A stretch of 64,000 nt of DNA from Felis catus (Eukaryota): assembly GCF_018350175.1 (NCBI RefSeq), contig NC_058368.1, positions 24,740,001 through 24,804,000 of the forward strand, read 5' to 3'. Under the pieces are notes generated by a model. The model did not search any database, was not told the DNA's origin, and was given only the letters and a program-made list of their open reading frames with translations. This document shows, in pieces, positions 63,943 through 64,000 of the stretch. The translations under genes and the position numbers were made by a program. Every line of letters begins with the position of its first letter. Position 1 is the stretch's first letter.

Positions 63943-64000
63943 CTAATTGAGTGTTTTAATATCAAAGTAATTAATGCTTGTTGGGAAAAAATAATAGAAA

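Overview
Mammalian genomic DNA, almost certainly felid: it carries about 30 carnivore tRNA-derived CAN-SINEs, including near-identical young cat-type copies, plus L1, MaLR/ERVL LTRs and MER DNA transposons. The main content is a complete minus-strand LRRC63 gene. Nine coding exons between 54962 and 13863 have canonical GT-AG junctions and consistent phases, and sum to 1785 nt (594 aa + stop). The protein has a Pro/Lys/Ser-rich N-terminal half, an LRR block and a Cys-rich C-terminus. A CpG-island promoter at ~55.9-56.45 kb carries an RFX X-box, an ETS site and GC boxes. From recalled human synteny it is probably shared head-to-head with an upstream LCP1 first exon, but no LCP1 coding sequence is visible. 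Best leads: (1) the LRRC63 C-terminus looks like an LRRC58-type BC-box/cullin-box plus Cys-cluster module, i.e. a candidate Elongin BC-cullin E3 substrate adaptor; (2) a candidate in-frame alternative terminal exon that would give an LRR-less isoform; (3) a candidate RFX-driven spliced non-coding transcript downstream; (4) a retrocopied mRNA 3' end stacked with an L1 fragment at a triplicated target site; (5) an orphan L1 5'UTR promoter antisense to the gene. No unequivocally new biological system is demonstrable from sequence alone. Repeat boundaries and family names are by eye and approximate.
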